A stretch of 64,000 nucleotides of DNA. It comes from Kondoa subrosea (taxonomy: Eukaryota). Under the pieces are notes generated by a model, which saw only the letters and a program-made list of their open reading frames with translations, searched no databases and was not told where the DNA came from. A program made the translations under genes and the position numbers. Location of the stretch: assembly GCA_039545335.1 (NCBI GenBank), contig BCIN01000001.1, forward strand, positions 3,413,136-3,477,135, written 5' to 3'. Shown here piece after piece: positions 37,943 to 50,519 of the stretch. Position 1 is the stretch's first letter, and each line of letters begins with the position of its first letter.

Positions 37943-39476
37943 TCAAGCAGCAGCAGTCTTGAACCAATCAACAAGTAATCGGTTGACTTGATCTCGATGA
38001 TTCTTGTCTTGTAAGACCCCTGCAATAGTCAAATGTCAGAAGAAATGTCGCAGAGTCGGGGCAGACCCCTTACAATGATCAGCTGCAGGAAGATTCTGCG
38101 TTGTTAAAGCTCCCTTCGGGAAGTGTCTATCCATATTCTGTGACATTAGAGGCGGAAGAGCAGCATCTGCGCAACAGGCTCGCATCACATAGTTTGCGAA
38201 ACGCTAAGATGCGGCTTACCTAAACCGCAAGAGACGAAGAGCACAGGGATACCTGAAGGAAACCTTCCAGGATGGTGCACTGCGGAAGAAATACCAGTTC
38301 ATCAGATCAAATCTGAATACCAGTACCCGTCCCACCTATTTCATCCACATGATTGACTTCTCTTGTCTTGTACCAATTGCAAGGATGAGCGTAACTGTTC
38401 TTCTTCCCAACAGTATAATAATAGTGTAATTCCTGAATCTCGTATTAGAATGACACAATAACAAAAGGGAGAAACTTACAGGATCCTCTTCTTTGGTCGG
38501 CGGTTTGCCAACTTTTTCACTGGCCAGGATTTGTCTCATCTTCGATTCCATAGCTCCCCTTTGTCGAGCCCAAGCTGCTTTCTTTTCTGTCATGACTGGA
38601 TTTCTCAAATTCTCGTCCGAAGCTGCATCTTGAAGTTTCCTTGCCAAGCGACCGACAACTAAAATCAAAACTTGTCAGTTAGGTACGAATTAAGATGGAG
38701 CCTTGTATGTACTCAATAGAGGTTCCTTGTCGAACAATTCGACAGCTTGAGGGGAAGAGAGGAAAAGCTGATAATTGAAATTAGGTACTCTTTGGACTAC
38801 TGCCTCTTGAGAGAGAAGAGGTCGACCAGGTTTAGATGGCGCGGAGTAAGGAGTGCATATTACGGCCACACAGATTGTCATTTCAGGGTGATATTCCGCA
38901 AATCGATACTGGGGCATTCTATATTAGCTTGATATAGATAATTGGTGTAAGGGTCGACCAACTGCGTTAGTTCCTCCCCAATCCTTTTGATCATGATTCA
39001 GAAAGATGCTGGCACCTACTTCAGCGGGACGCACATGACCTAAAATAATGGCTTTGCTTATTCCAAGCATCTTCAAAAGAGCAGCTTGATCTTCGACAAC
39101 CTGCCTGAAACCATAGCATTTGAGATCTTTCGGTTTGCTTGATTCGTGGTAGCCAATCTGAGAGGGTACAATGACTCTGTAGCCAGCTTGTACCAAAACT
39201 GGAATTTGAAAGCGATAGCCATACCAAAGGTCCGGGAAGCTAACAATACGGCAATAAGACACGTACAAAGAAGAAGGCGAAGAGGCAGAGCATACCCGTG
39301 CATACAGAAGACGGTTCGACCGTTCGCTTTGTCGGCGAGAGGTTGTTGATCCACGTAATCTCGCATACGATTGAGAGGAAGAAGAATAAGATCAACATAA
39401 GACGCATACGATAAGTATGTCCATTCGACAGAGTAGCACTCTTGTGATCGAAAGAATCTGGGTCAAGCGGATTCAT
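37943..39476 (-). CDS. Alpha/beta-hydrolase, soluble epoxide hydrolase-like
   Basis: MHG|FPDLWYGYRFQI, VPSQIGY, GH|DWGG nucleophile elbow; many introns. Confidence 0.88.
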
Positions 39477-39905
39477 GTGATTCGAGATGGAAGAACCAAG
39501 TGAAGAATTATAAGGAAAGGGACAGAGATGCACAGCGCAAACAGGAAGAACAGCTACACCGTGACGAAGCAGGACTCTGACTCAAGGAATCGTTTCTAAA
39601 TAAGAGGCTCCGTTTACTCTTTCACCTGCACGTCGACCCAAATATCCCAAGATTCCTCTATACCACCGTCTATACCAGGCACTTCCATACAGTCAGCACT
39701 GGCAATCGCTCTGCTGTTGCAAGAAGCGACAATTCTTGCCCAAAAACACAACTCTTCTTGCAAGTTTGGTCTAGCAACCAAGCTTTCAGCTTAGAACAAG
39801 ATTGCTAGCCGAGAGATCGCACCGTTGCCAAAACGGGCTCAGAGACAGTCAGGAGCTTCAACCACTGGTCAACTAGAAGCTCCGAATCCTGTGCAGCAAG
39901 TTGAG

Positions 39906-40964
39906 AGTGAGCCATTCCGGGTGCAGGGAGTCATTTGCTTTCGGAACTTACGTCGCTATCTATCGCAGTGGAAGATGTATCGACGGGCAGTGACTCGGAT
40001 TTCGCGAATTGTTAGTCTCGAGTTGGATGATTCCAATTGAAACAGTCACTCATTACTACGAATGTGCTGGACTACAGCCTGGATAGCTTGGTTTCTTTCT
40101 ACGAAAGGCAATGAATACTTCTGTGAAGTAGACGAAGAATACATCTTGGATCGCTTCAATCTCACTGGCCTGAATGCTGAAGTTCAACATTACTCGCAAG
40201 CTCTAGATCTTATCACGGATGCTATGGGTGAGTCACATGTAGAGATCTAGCAGGGAAACTTGCTAATTTGAACGCATGATCCACAGAAGATGAATTGAAC
40301 GATGAAGGAAGGGAGAACGTGGAAAGTTCAGCTAGACACCTATACGGCCTAATACACGCTCGTTTCATAATCACAAGTCGAGGTCTCTCAAAGATGGTCA
40401 GTAACGCGTTACAAGTCTGTCTTGCGCTAATAGATTCAAATTCAGGTTGACAAATACAAAAAAGCTGATTTCGGTCGTTGTCCGCGAGTTCTTTGCTATG
40501 GCCAACCTCTTCTTCCTGTTGGTCTATCAGATCTACCCTATCAAAAAGCCGTCAAACTCTATTGCCCTCGATGCGAAGATATCTATTCCCCTAAATCTTC
40601 TCGACACGGAACGATCGATGGCGCTTATTTTGGTTCTACTTTCCCTCATATGCTCTTCATGGTACATCCACAAATGGTTCCAGCTAAAACTGCTTCACCT
40701 ACTTTAGGAGGGAATGTAAATGCAACAGGAGGTACTGGTGTAAGTGGGAACGCTTCTGCTGTAGTGAACAGTGGTGGAAGTGTAGGTGGAGTAGGAACAA
40801 CTGGAGGAGCTCAAACGGGTGGTGCGAATGCTGCCATGAAGGCTGAAAGGTACAAACCTAGAATCTTTGGCTTTATGGTTCATGAAACGGCAAAGATTCA
40901 TCGATGGCAAGAGGCAAACAGGGATTACGCGGCGGATAGATTAATCAAGTCTGGGGTCAGCTAA
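39906..40964 (+). CDS. Casein kinase II regulatory (beta) subunit
   Basis: A|TG start; [94 protein letters not shown]. Confidence 0.93.
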
Positions 40965-41589
40965 CAAGTGTATTGGGAGCGCGAGGTGAGCAGTTGCTGC
41001 TGAGTGATTACGAGGTCAGTGAGAAAGGGTATCTTCAAGTGTTTTCAGCTTTCTGATTATCTCTTCTCTTCAAGAGAGCGCGCGCATAGAGGTAGATGAG
41101 AATAGTACCACATAATAGACCAAATATAAGTCTTGTCACGAACAAAGCTATTACCTTCTAAACGCTTCTTGACGTTCCCCTCTCAGCTCGAAACGAACGC
41201 TCAAGCTTTTTGCTTCTCGCTTGCGCCCTCTCGTCTACTCGTTCTCATCGCTGTAGACTTGACTGGACATATAACTCGCGCCCTATACCCAGCTTGAACG
41301 AATTTGACGACCTTCAGCTACTTTACGATTCTAATACGCTTTGGCTGGATCTGCGCAAGGCTACATACAGTGTCAAGCAGGCTGTTCTCTCAGCTGAAGC
41401 TACTCTGCCAGCACAGAGCGTGATCTTTCATCAATACAAGCGATTTTTGGGCTCTCGCAATCACTCTGCCCAATATTCTTCAAAAGAGCTCTAGCATTTA
41501 ACGACTTCTACGACTTCATTCCTGTCAAGCTTATGCTAGGCCTTGTACTGCAACACCGCGCGTCGCTTTCTTGACCTCCTAGTCAACAA

Positions 41590-44500
41590 ATGATCTTAGC
41601 AGCTATGCGACCTCCGTCAGAACACAATAGTATAGGTAGCAGCAACGCTCACAGTTCTTCTTATCACGGTCCTCATCCTTCGGAACCATCAACTAGCGTA
41701 TTAGCTGCTGAACAATCAAACAATCGCGCTTCACCTTTAGGTCGGACCATGAACAATAGCAGTGCTCCACCCAGAATACCGCTCACTACTTTGAGACCTG
41801 TCAGCCAACAACAATTACTAGCTGAACATCAAGATCCAAGCTTGGCTTTATTACAATTGGTCAAGGAATACAATACTTTGGTTTTAAACTCTTCACAGCA
41901 AGAAACAGAACGAATCAAAGCTGTAGCAGAGAACAGTAAATTGTGGAATTGGTGCGGGAATCTCAAAAGAGAGCGAGATGGTCTCCAGAGGGATAATGAA
42001 CGCTTTCAACGTGAAAGAGTGAGATGGGAACGCAGGCTAGTCGATCTGGAGCAAGCATGTCGGACTGCTGGCGTACCATTACCACCTATGGACGAGAATT
42101 TGCTCGAGGAAGAATTGCAGGATGCCAAAGATCTGAGAAGACCGCCGACAACTAGAAGTCTGTCAGATAGCTCAAATGCTGTTCGTAAAATCATCGCCGA
42201 GTCTACATCCTCCTCCTCACGTGCATCTGGTGAACGCGAACGTGGATCAAATGGAAGAATAAGGCAACAATCTGCTGGAGGCGATTCTTTGGCATCTTCC
42301 TCCAGTCGATCTAGGCATCCTACTGGTCCTAAAGCCTTATCTGTGGAGCTAGGAAAGACGACAGCAAGTACGAACCCTTCTCTGGCTGCAGCCAGTCAAA
42401 TACCTGGTCTATCGCAGTATGAATATGATTCAACTACCCCTACAGCTCCGATCACCTCCATGCAGCATCTCAACATCTCTGAAGACACGCCTTCGAATAA
42501 ATACCAACTTGGTGGTGTGCCTTCTCTCGTTTCTCCTTTCGGGCCTTTGTTCCAAAAATCCGGAAGCGCCCCAGCTCTCATGTCTGGACCACCATCGCCT
42601 GTTACTTCGACGCATCCTCCGTCACCGCTTTCGCGAGAGGAACCTTTGGATGAAACAGAAGAAGTAAGAGATGTACCAGACGCGTTGGGCATTTCGAGAG
42701 GTCCTTCGGCTGATTCATTACATCGACCTACCTACTCAGAACCTGTCTTACCAAGATCAGAAGCTCATCAACCTGCATACCGGTCTGATCCTCCTACCAA
42801 CATCCGCCTTCCTAGCTCTACTTCAGCTGAACGAGTTGATCGAGAAATGCTACAAACACCGGTACAAGAGAACATGCCAGTGCCTGCATTCTACACTCCT
42901 CAATCTACTATGACTCGACCTTCAATAGACTCTATGCAGACCGCTGCGACAGCATCACCTTCAACGGATCGGGAAGCGCGTGATCGAGCAAGGCGGCGAG
43001 AACAAAGAGCTATAGATCGCGAACGGGAGAGAGAAGCTGCCGCTGCTGCTGGAGATGCTCGACCTAGAGCAAGTTCAGCACCTCAAGTCCCTTCACCTAA
43101 TCTTGGATCGGGACCTTTGTCTACTTCAAGTGGTCCATCTGGTTCAAGATCTCGAAAAGAACCATCCATAATACTCAATCCTGCTCTTCTACCTTATCTT
43201 CATATTCGAGTCGTCAATTCGCAAATCAGAACAAATGACCGAAGTCGAGAAGTTATTTCTTTCTCCATTTGCGTTATTCTTGATAACCCAGAATCCAAAG
43301 TCAACTCCCAGAAATGGTACATTGAAAAGAAATATAGCGATGTTCTGGCTTTAGATCAATTGGTCAAGGCGAAACATAGCAGATCTCAAAGCAAAAAGAT
43401 CGCTAATTTGCCTGACAAGAGCTTGTTCAAGGATCATGCTCCCAGCAAAGTGGATCTGCGGAAGGTGAGCATTTGCGTTAAGCTTCGATAATTAGTGGGA
43501 TTGACCAATGTGTTTACAGGCTGTACTCGAGAAGTATCTACAGAGTCTAGCAAGTGTTCCGCTGCAGGACAAATCCGATATCCTTCAATTCCTTAGCACA
43601 AATGTTCTAACCGAACGTCAAGCTCCTGTTGCCAATCCAGCATACAAAGCTGGTTATCTGACCAAAAGAGGCCGGAATTTCGGCGGCTGGCAAACTCGAT
43701 ATTATGTGCTTCAGGGACCCCTTCTCTCCTACTATGATAGTGTGAGTAGATCTTTCCTTTGATTAGACTTCTTTAATCGTCGGTGTGGTATATCTCACAG
43801 CAAGGAGGAACGCATCTTGGTCATATTGATGTGACCGGCGCTCAGATCGGTCGACAACAGCATACAAAGGATGCAGATACCACTTCAGCTTACCGTCATG
43901 CTTTCCTGATCCGCGAATGCAAGAAACCTTCGGATCCAAAACGAAGTAGCACTCAAGAAATCGATGTGGATCATATTCTTTGCGCCGAAAGTGATGTCGA
44001 GCGAGATGGATGGGTCAGAGTCCTGGCTGCTTGGTATACAGGCGAATACATCGAGACAGACCGGGCAGAACGTCACGAACAACGTGCAGCGGAACTGAGG
44101 GAGATGAATGTCTCGCAAGCTTCTACATCTTCCGGTGCATCAAGCAGTAGAAGTCATCAACCTTCTCATCCTACTATTCTGGAAAGTCCCGGAGCTCAAA
44201 CCCATCCACCTCTGCAACAAGTCCGCAAGTCTGGACGCAAACTGTCTAAAGACGATATTACTGTGAATCGGACGACAGCGCAACCAATCAATCAATTACC
44301 TGCAGATAGCACTAACGCGAAGCTCCATCTCAACTCTCATCATTCTGATACCCAGCAGCCAGATCTTGTTCTTCCTCCAACCTCTTCTAGAAACAATCCG
44401 CATACTCGCGAAGACTCAGCCGGCCGATCTTCTCTGAACAATCCCCAGCATCATGAAGATCCTGCTAGCGCAGTACCTCGATATCTTTCCCGGCGGAAAG

Positions 44501-46297
44501 ATAACTCAGACATGACTCCTTCTTCGTCTCTTCCTTCCAACCTCGACTCCTTATCCAGATCTTCGCTCACAGCAGAACCTCAAATAGCAAGACCAAGCTC
44601 TGAAAATGGTCATTACTCGGACATTAAAGATCCACAAGCTGTGCTAGCGCCGTTGACAAATCGTCAATCACAGACCTCCGAACAAGCGGCGCAAGCTCAG
44701 AACAGGAGACCGCCGTCTCCAGACAAGAAAATGAACGCTAAGATCTCCGCGCCCATGAATGGAGGTGTCATTAAGGACGACTTCAAGCAAACAAGACCAG
44801 TTGAAGATAGACGAGCGAGAACCAAATCGTCTTTCTGGACAAATTTCGCGCTTCGGTCAGGTGAGCAGGAGTTTGGCTTATGCACGATACTTGCTCAGAT
44901 CTTTCTCTCGGTTCGCAGATAAAGGAGCGATGCAACCAGCTCAGCCAAGACCTGTCTTCGGTGTGCCTCTGCAAGAAGCTGTAGCTATAGCTCGCGTACG
45001 AGAAGGCTTCGAACTACCAGCAGTGGTCTTTCGCTGTGTAGAATATCTACAAGCCAAATCTGCAGAGATGGAAGAAGGCTTGTATAGGCTCTCGTGAGTT
45101 CGCCTAAGGTTTCGCTTCTGACTCATTCGCTGATCCTCATCGCAGCGGAAGTGCTCATGTGATCCGTACACTGAAAGAACGCTTCAATAACGGTACGCAA
45201 CCAGTTTCAAGGATAATATGTGATGCTAATATCATTGCAGAGGGTGACCTGAATCTTTTGGCTTCTGGCGAATACTTCGATCCTCACGCAATAGCCGGTC
45301 TACTGAAGCTGTTCTTACGGGAGCTCCCTGTGCATGTCCTAACGCGAGAACTTCAGCACAACTTCTTGCAAGTTATTGACCTAAGTCATCGCCGTGACAA
45401 AGTCAACGAGCTAGGAGTATTGGTGGCCAAACTTCCTGTCGCCAATTATACTCTACTACGCTTCTTAACAGCTCATCTTACCCATGTCGTACAAAACGAG
45501 AAGATCAATAAGATGAGCTTGCGCAACATCGGCATTGTCTTCAGTCCAACTTTAGGCATTCCTGGAACGCTATTTAGCCTGTTTCTGACTGAGGTAAGCC
45601 TAACAGTCCTGTTTGAGCCACTTATTAAAGCTTCATGACAGTTCGCTCACGTCTTTCGCGTTTTGGACGATCAACCTGCTCCCCTACGGATTGAGAACGA
45701 ATCAGAGCCTGAAGAAGAACCCGAGCTCACAGATGAAGATGCAAAGCCAGCTAAATCACCTTCTCCTATTGATGACGACATCAAGCGCAAGCGACGATCT
45801 CGAAACAGCATGTACTATTCAAGTACCGGTGCCGATGCTTTGCTGGAAATTAGAGGCAGCAAGCTTGAAGGACCGTCAGAGGAGAGTGATGAGGAAGAGA
45901 ACGATGAAGATGAAATTGAAGCGGAATCTGACGTTGAAGATTCAGCAGACGATCGCTTCGACACTGCTCCCGCTCAATCTTCTTCTTCTCCAACGATCGC
46001 AACTCATCATGAAACAGATCCATCGCGACTAGAGACATTGAAGCCAAGTCGGGATTTCCAGAGAAACGATAAAGGCTTAACGATTCAAGTACCAAATGAG
46101 CAATATCCAGGAATACCGAAAAGGTGATTGTTTTCGAATGATCGTTAGAAGCGCTCTTACACAACTTATCCAGCCCTCGAGCAAACTCTCATGGCTCTGC
46201 ATCCTATTCTCCTCGAACCCTTGGACCAAATCAGAACGGTCCTCGATCTCCTCATTTACCTTCTTCCCCTCGACCGACTACAGTATCAAATCGATAG
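41590..46297 (+). CDS. BEM3: PX-PH-RhoGAP protein, Bem3-like
   Basis: PX (IEKKYSDVLALD..LPDKSLFKDHAP), PH (GYLTKRGRNFGGWQTRYY), RhoGAP (VFGVPL..VVFRCVEYL..EEGLYRLSG..NKMSLRNIGIVFSPTL); last exon inferred through a ~50-nt intron starting near 46124. Confidence 0.85.
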
Positions 46298-46578
46298 AAG
46301 AAACTAATACACGGTTCTTAACAGCAAAAAAAAACTAAAATCGTTATCATGTAAAAAGAGATCATCTCAAAAAGTGATTCGTAGAGCGAATCTTTCTGTA
46401 CAGCCGTTATAATAGGCTTGTGTTTGTTGTTGTTCGGTCTCTTTGGAATGTATCTTGCGCGCGCGGTGCTTGTAAATTGTAGTATTACTCACGCGATTGG
46501 AAGATGAATCAAATGCCGAGCAAGATCTCCACGCGTCATCGATTTCGCTTGTAACCTTATCATTGATCAGTATCAACC

Positions 46579-47334
46579 ATGTCTAACTCTGCAAACGACA
46601 ACACACTAGTAAAGCAGGTTCAAGGCTATGCTGAACAAGCTCTGGGCCAAGCAGAGAAAGTTATTGGGCAAGTGATCGAGGAGTAGGTGCTTTTCGCAGG
46701 CAATACGCGATTCAATGCTCCTGGATTGACGATAGCCCAAGCTGGACATCTGCTGGAGAAGATCACATCAAAAAAGGTGTTGAAACAGTCGAGGCAGCAG
46801 CTGCTAAAGGTATGTGAAGCTTAATAATTACATCTTCTTGAGATTCTCATGTGTTACATGCTATGTAGCTCGTGGGGAAGGAGCAGTCGATAATTATGTT
46901 GGCAAAGCAAAGACTGCTTTCGGAATTGTTACCAATGACAAAGAATTACAAGATACTGGCAATTTGCAGACTTCCAAAGGCGAAGCAAAACAGCTTGCTA
47001 ATGCGTGAGCGGAACGCGTGATAGGTATTGATAGCCGACTTACCCTTATTGTACAGACCTGATATCGCTGCGGCCTTGCCAAGTTGGGAGAACGGAAAAG
47101 CGATGCTGAGTGCGCAAGCTCAAAGCGCTACTGGAATGGTTACTGGCAATAGTGAGCCTAATCCTTCTTTACGGTTTGACCGGAACTTACCTATGCAATT
47201 TTCCAGCGAAACAACAAACCCAGGGAAATCTAAACCAGCTTTCGGCGGAAGTGTCAGACGGGGTTGACAGGCTGCTCGGGACCGGAGGACATGGGGCAAA
47301 TGTTCCAAACACCAACAACGAGGTTGCCAAGTAG
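46579..47334 (+). CDS. CsbD-like / hydrophilin stress protein
   Basis: Repeated motifs such as VGKAKTAFGIVTNDKELQDTGNLQTSKGEAKQ and GMVTGN.KQQTQGNL; four introns. Confidence 0.6.
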
Positions 47335-47386
47335 AGATTTGCAGATTGTATGGTATAGCTTTCAATCCCAAGTTCATGTTGCATAG

Positions 47387-48723
47387 TCAATCGTCCGCCT
47401 CTTCCATATATTCCAACCAGATGTTCTTGCATGCCCTAAGCTTGACCATTTCTTCGATTATCAAAGTCAGAGCCATATATCGCGGACTACTCTTGTCCTC
47501 TTCTGCATCTCTCTGATCGAACAAGTCTTCCAGAGTTGAAGTACTTGAATTGATCTGTTCCAGCCGCAAGGTACAGAGCTGGATGATATAGTTGCCTACT
47601 TGCTGTTTCTGCATAGAGGTAGAAAGAATTTCGTCCGTACTCAGACTTTTGCCTTGCTGAGGAATGGTTTGATCGGGACATGCCAGAACAGAAAGAAGAA
47701 GTAAAAGCGGCAGCCTGATCCTAGCATCCGCATCGATGTAATGAGATCTTGATTCATCCTCGTTGAGCGAGCAAGTCATTTCATCGTCTGCTTCTATTCG
47801 GATATGCTGCACCAAAGCGGAATACACTTTCTGTGTCTCTGCTGTCCATTGCTTGCCTAATATTTGAGAGATTCCAGAACAGCCAGGGAAAGTGATTCGA
47901 TCATTCGGATTGGCTTCGACAAGAAAACCATAGCGAAGTACTAATTGAGCGTTTGTCAATCTGCCATAGGTATTGAATACTTCTATTGAATCAGGTGTAT
48001 CGTTGATCATTGAGCGGGAAGCACGCATATCTGCTGTAGCTGGACCTATTGAGGTAAATTTTCGATCATCGTCGGTTTCTAGTTGAGTATGAGGTTGAAA
48101 GGAATGGTTAAAGCTGACCAAAAGTTAAGCAGATACTTTGAAGTAAGAAATTATGAAGCATACATGTCGGCTAGAGGGACAAGCGACAGTTCATGATCCG
48201 AGTCGACCCAGAAAGCTCTTGATTGTACCAATTGATAAGCTCGACTGTAGATTCCGAAAGACGGAGCAACCCAAGGTGCATATTTCTGTTGTAGTAGCAG
48301 CGGTGATATAAAGTCATTGTAGACTGAGCACAGCTCTGAGTCAAAAGTGGCATAACGCTGACCCATTTCGGTGCCTTGAATGAGTTCTTTTACTTCGTCG
48401 GGCCATGTGTAGTATATAGGTACAGCTTCCGGCATGCTTTGCAGGTAGACATACCAGGGAGACAGCTCCTTGAGCAGAAGTTCGTGACTGACTAATACAG
48501 CCAAACGCATAGCATGAGAATCAATGACTGACAGATCCGCTTGCAGAGAAGATGTACGACGAGATAGCACAGCGGATAGAGGAATAGAAGCCAACAAGTC
48601 TTCCCTTGAGATTTGGCAACCGCTTCGAAGACAAATGCTTGCTCCATCCGAGTTCGAATGCACCAGTAGAGCATCATGCATATGAATCCCCTTCTTTTTG
48701 AACCAATACTGCAGCTCTTGCAT
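47387..48723 (-). CDS. SET-domain protein lysine methyltransferase (SETD6/Rkm-like)
   Basis: SPWYVYLQSMP, LVQSRAF, LVPLADM|FNHS, EVFNTYG, NAQLVLRYGF. Confidence 0.85.
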
Positions 48724-48800
48724 CCTCTCAACACCGCAGACCAGCTCCTTTCACCTTTCGCTTGTTTTTGTGCTAACTTGCTTTCTGACAGCGAAGTCTC

Positions 48801-49639
48801 ATGCGGCTTGAGTATGCTCTGATCGGCTTCGTCCTCTGCGCCGTCTTCTGCGTGTTGCGCTTGATCTATCTTCTGCTCATTCGTCCAGTCTATGCTTGTT
48901 CGCAGAAAACCTGTCATGTTGCAATCTTCCTTGGTTCTGGTTCGCTATGCTGTTGTATTACTGTATCTTCCCTCTGAGTGTGCATGTAGGTGGACATACA
49001 GCGGAAATGATTCGCTTGCTCGTCCAGCTCGATCCAGAGCGATACTCGAGACGCACCTATCTCATATCTACCGGCGACAAGCTTAGCGAATCAAAGGCGC
49101 TCGAGTTGGAGCAGTACTATGCATCTGGACAGGTTTGTGGCTGTTTAGCGGTTCTGTCTTCTGAATCTGACTGTTTCGAAGTGTTGCATCTTACAAGTGC
49201 CCAGAGCACGAAGAGTACATCAATCCTCATACACAGCTCCTTTAACTACTATCGTATCCCTTCTATGGTGCTTCTATACCCTTGTGATTCGGCCTGCTTA
49301 CCATCAGACATGCTTTGCAGATGTGATTCTTTTGAACGGGCCAGGGACATGTGTGCCTATTGCTCTATGCTGCTCATTCTTGAAGGTGAGACAATTTAAA
49401 CATTTTTCTTCTTTGTCAGCTGAAGAATCTGCCAGATCTTCTTCCTACCTTCGCCCAAGTTGGTCTACATCGAATCTTTCGCCCGAGTCTCTTCCCTCAG
49501 TCTGTCCGGAAAGCTGCTTCGACCAATGGTAGACATTTTCATCGTACAATGGCCAGAACTAGCAGAAAAGTTGAACAAAAACAATGGTCTTTCTTCTCGA
49601 ATGCAAGCCAAAGTGGAATACAAACAATTGTTCTTATGA
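48801..49639 (+). CDS. ALG14: UDP-GlcNAc transferase subunit Alg14
   Basis: N-terminal TM, FLGSG|GHTAEM, PRARRVHQS, LLNGPGTCVP, YIESFARV..LSLSGKLL, FIVQW. Confidence 0.92.
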
Positions 49640-50519
49640 GTTGGTATACATCTTATATGGTCTTTTCATCCGTTCCCGGCGTTATCAAATACTTCTCCTC
49701 TCTGCCACTTTTAAAACCTATTTCCCGAACGTCAAGCCTAAACTGTTCGATCTTTGATGATTGGAAGAGGAAGAACTTGGCGAGGAAGTATATGACTGCA
49801 TCGAGGATGATGTGGTGACAGGTGAGTAGCTGTAGCTCGACTTGATCAGTCGCATTGTCTGACACGTTTGATCAAGGTAAAGCTCACGCTTGCGGGTTTG
49901 TAATCGACAAGGATGGAGGTGCTGTTGAATTATTCGAGCTAGGCAAAGGGATTGTTTGGAAATATGCAGCCTGCGATACTGCACTGCAAACACTTGAGTG
50001 AGGTCAGATATATACTTCTAATCACAATTTGCTGACATGTTCGAATAGCTTGGAAACGAGCTCTGATAATCAGGCATCTGAACGGTATGCCAGCAACAGA
50101 GAAGAAAGAGAGAATAGGAAGGATGGTACATCTCCTTGATATGCGTGATGTAATCTGATGACGGCATCAAGGGCAAGGGTGTTACTTGAGAGGTAATATA
50201 CGGGCATCGCGGAATAGAGGCAAGGCTGTTTCGAAAGGCAGCACTCTTCTAAAAAAGCATGCAATTGATTCTCCGCAGAGTCGTGCGGTGTAGCGCCTCG
50301 TACTCAAATTCTATATGCAATTTGCTTATCAAAGATTCGCTTACTTGTGATACATTTGTACTTATGCTTGCATGAGACTATCAAAGCCAGCAAGAATACT
50401 ATAAATCTTTTGAGACGGTCAAGACGGAAGAACAAAACTCCTTGTATAGGTCTAGTCTATTCTTGATATATCAATGCACGGCTCAACAGACACTCATTAC
50501 ACACTCCTCAGACCACTTC

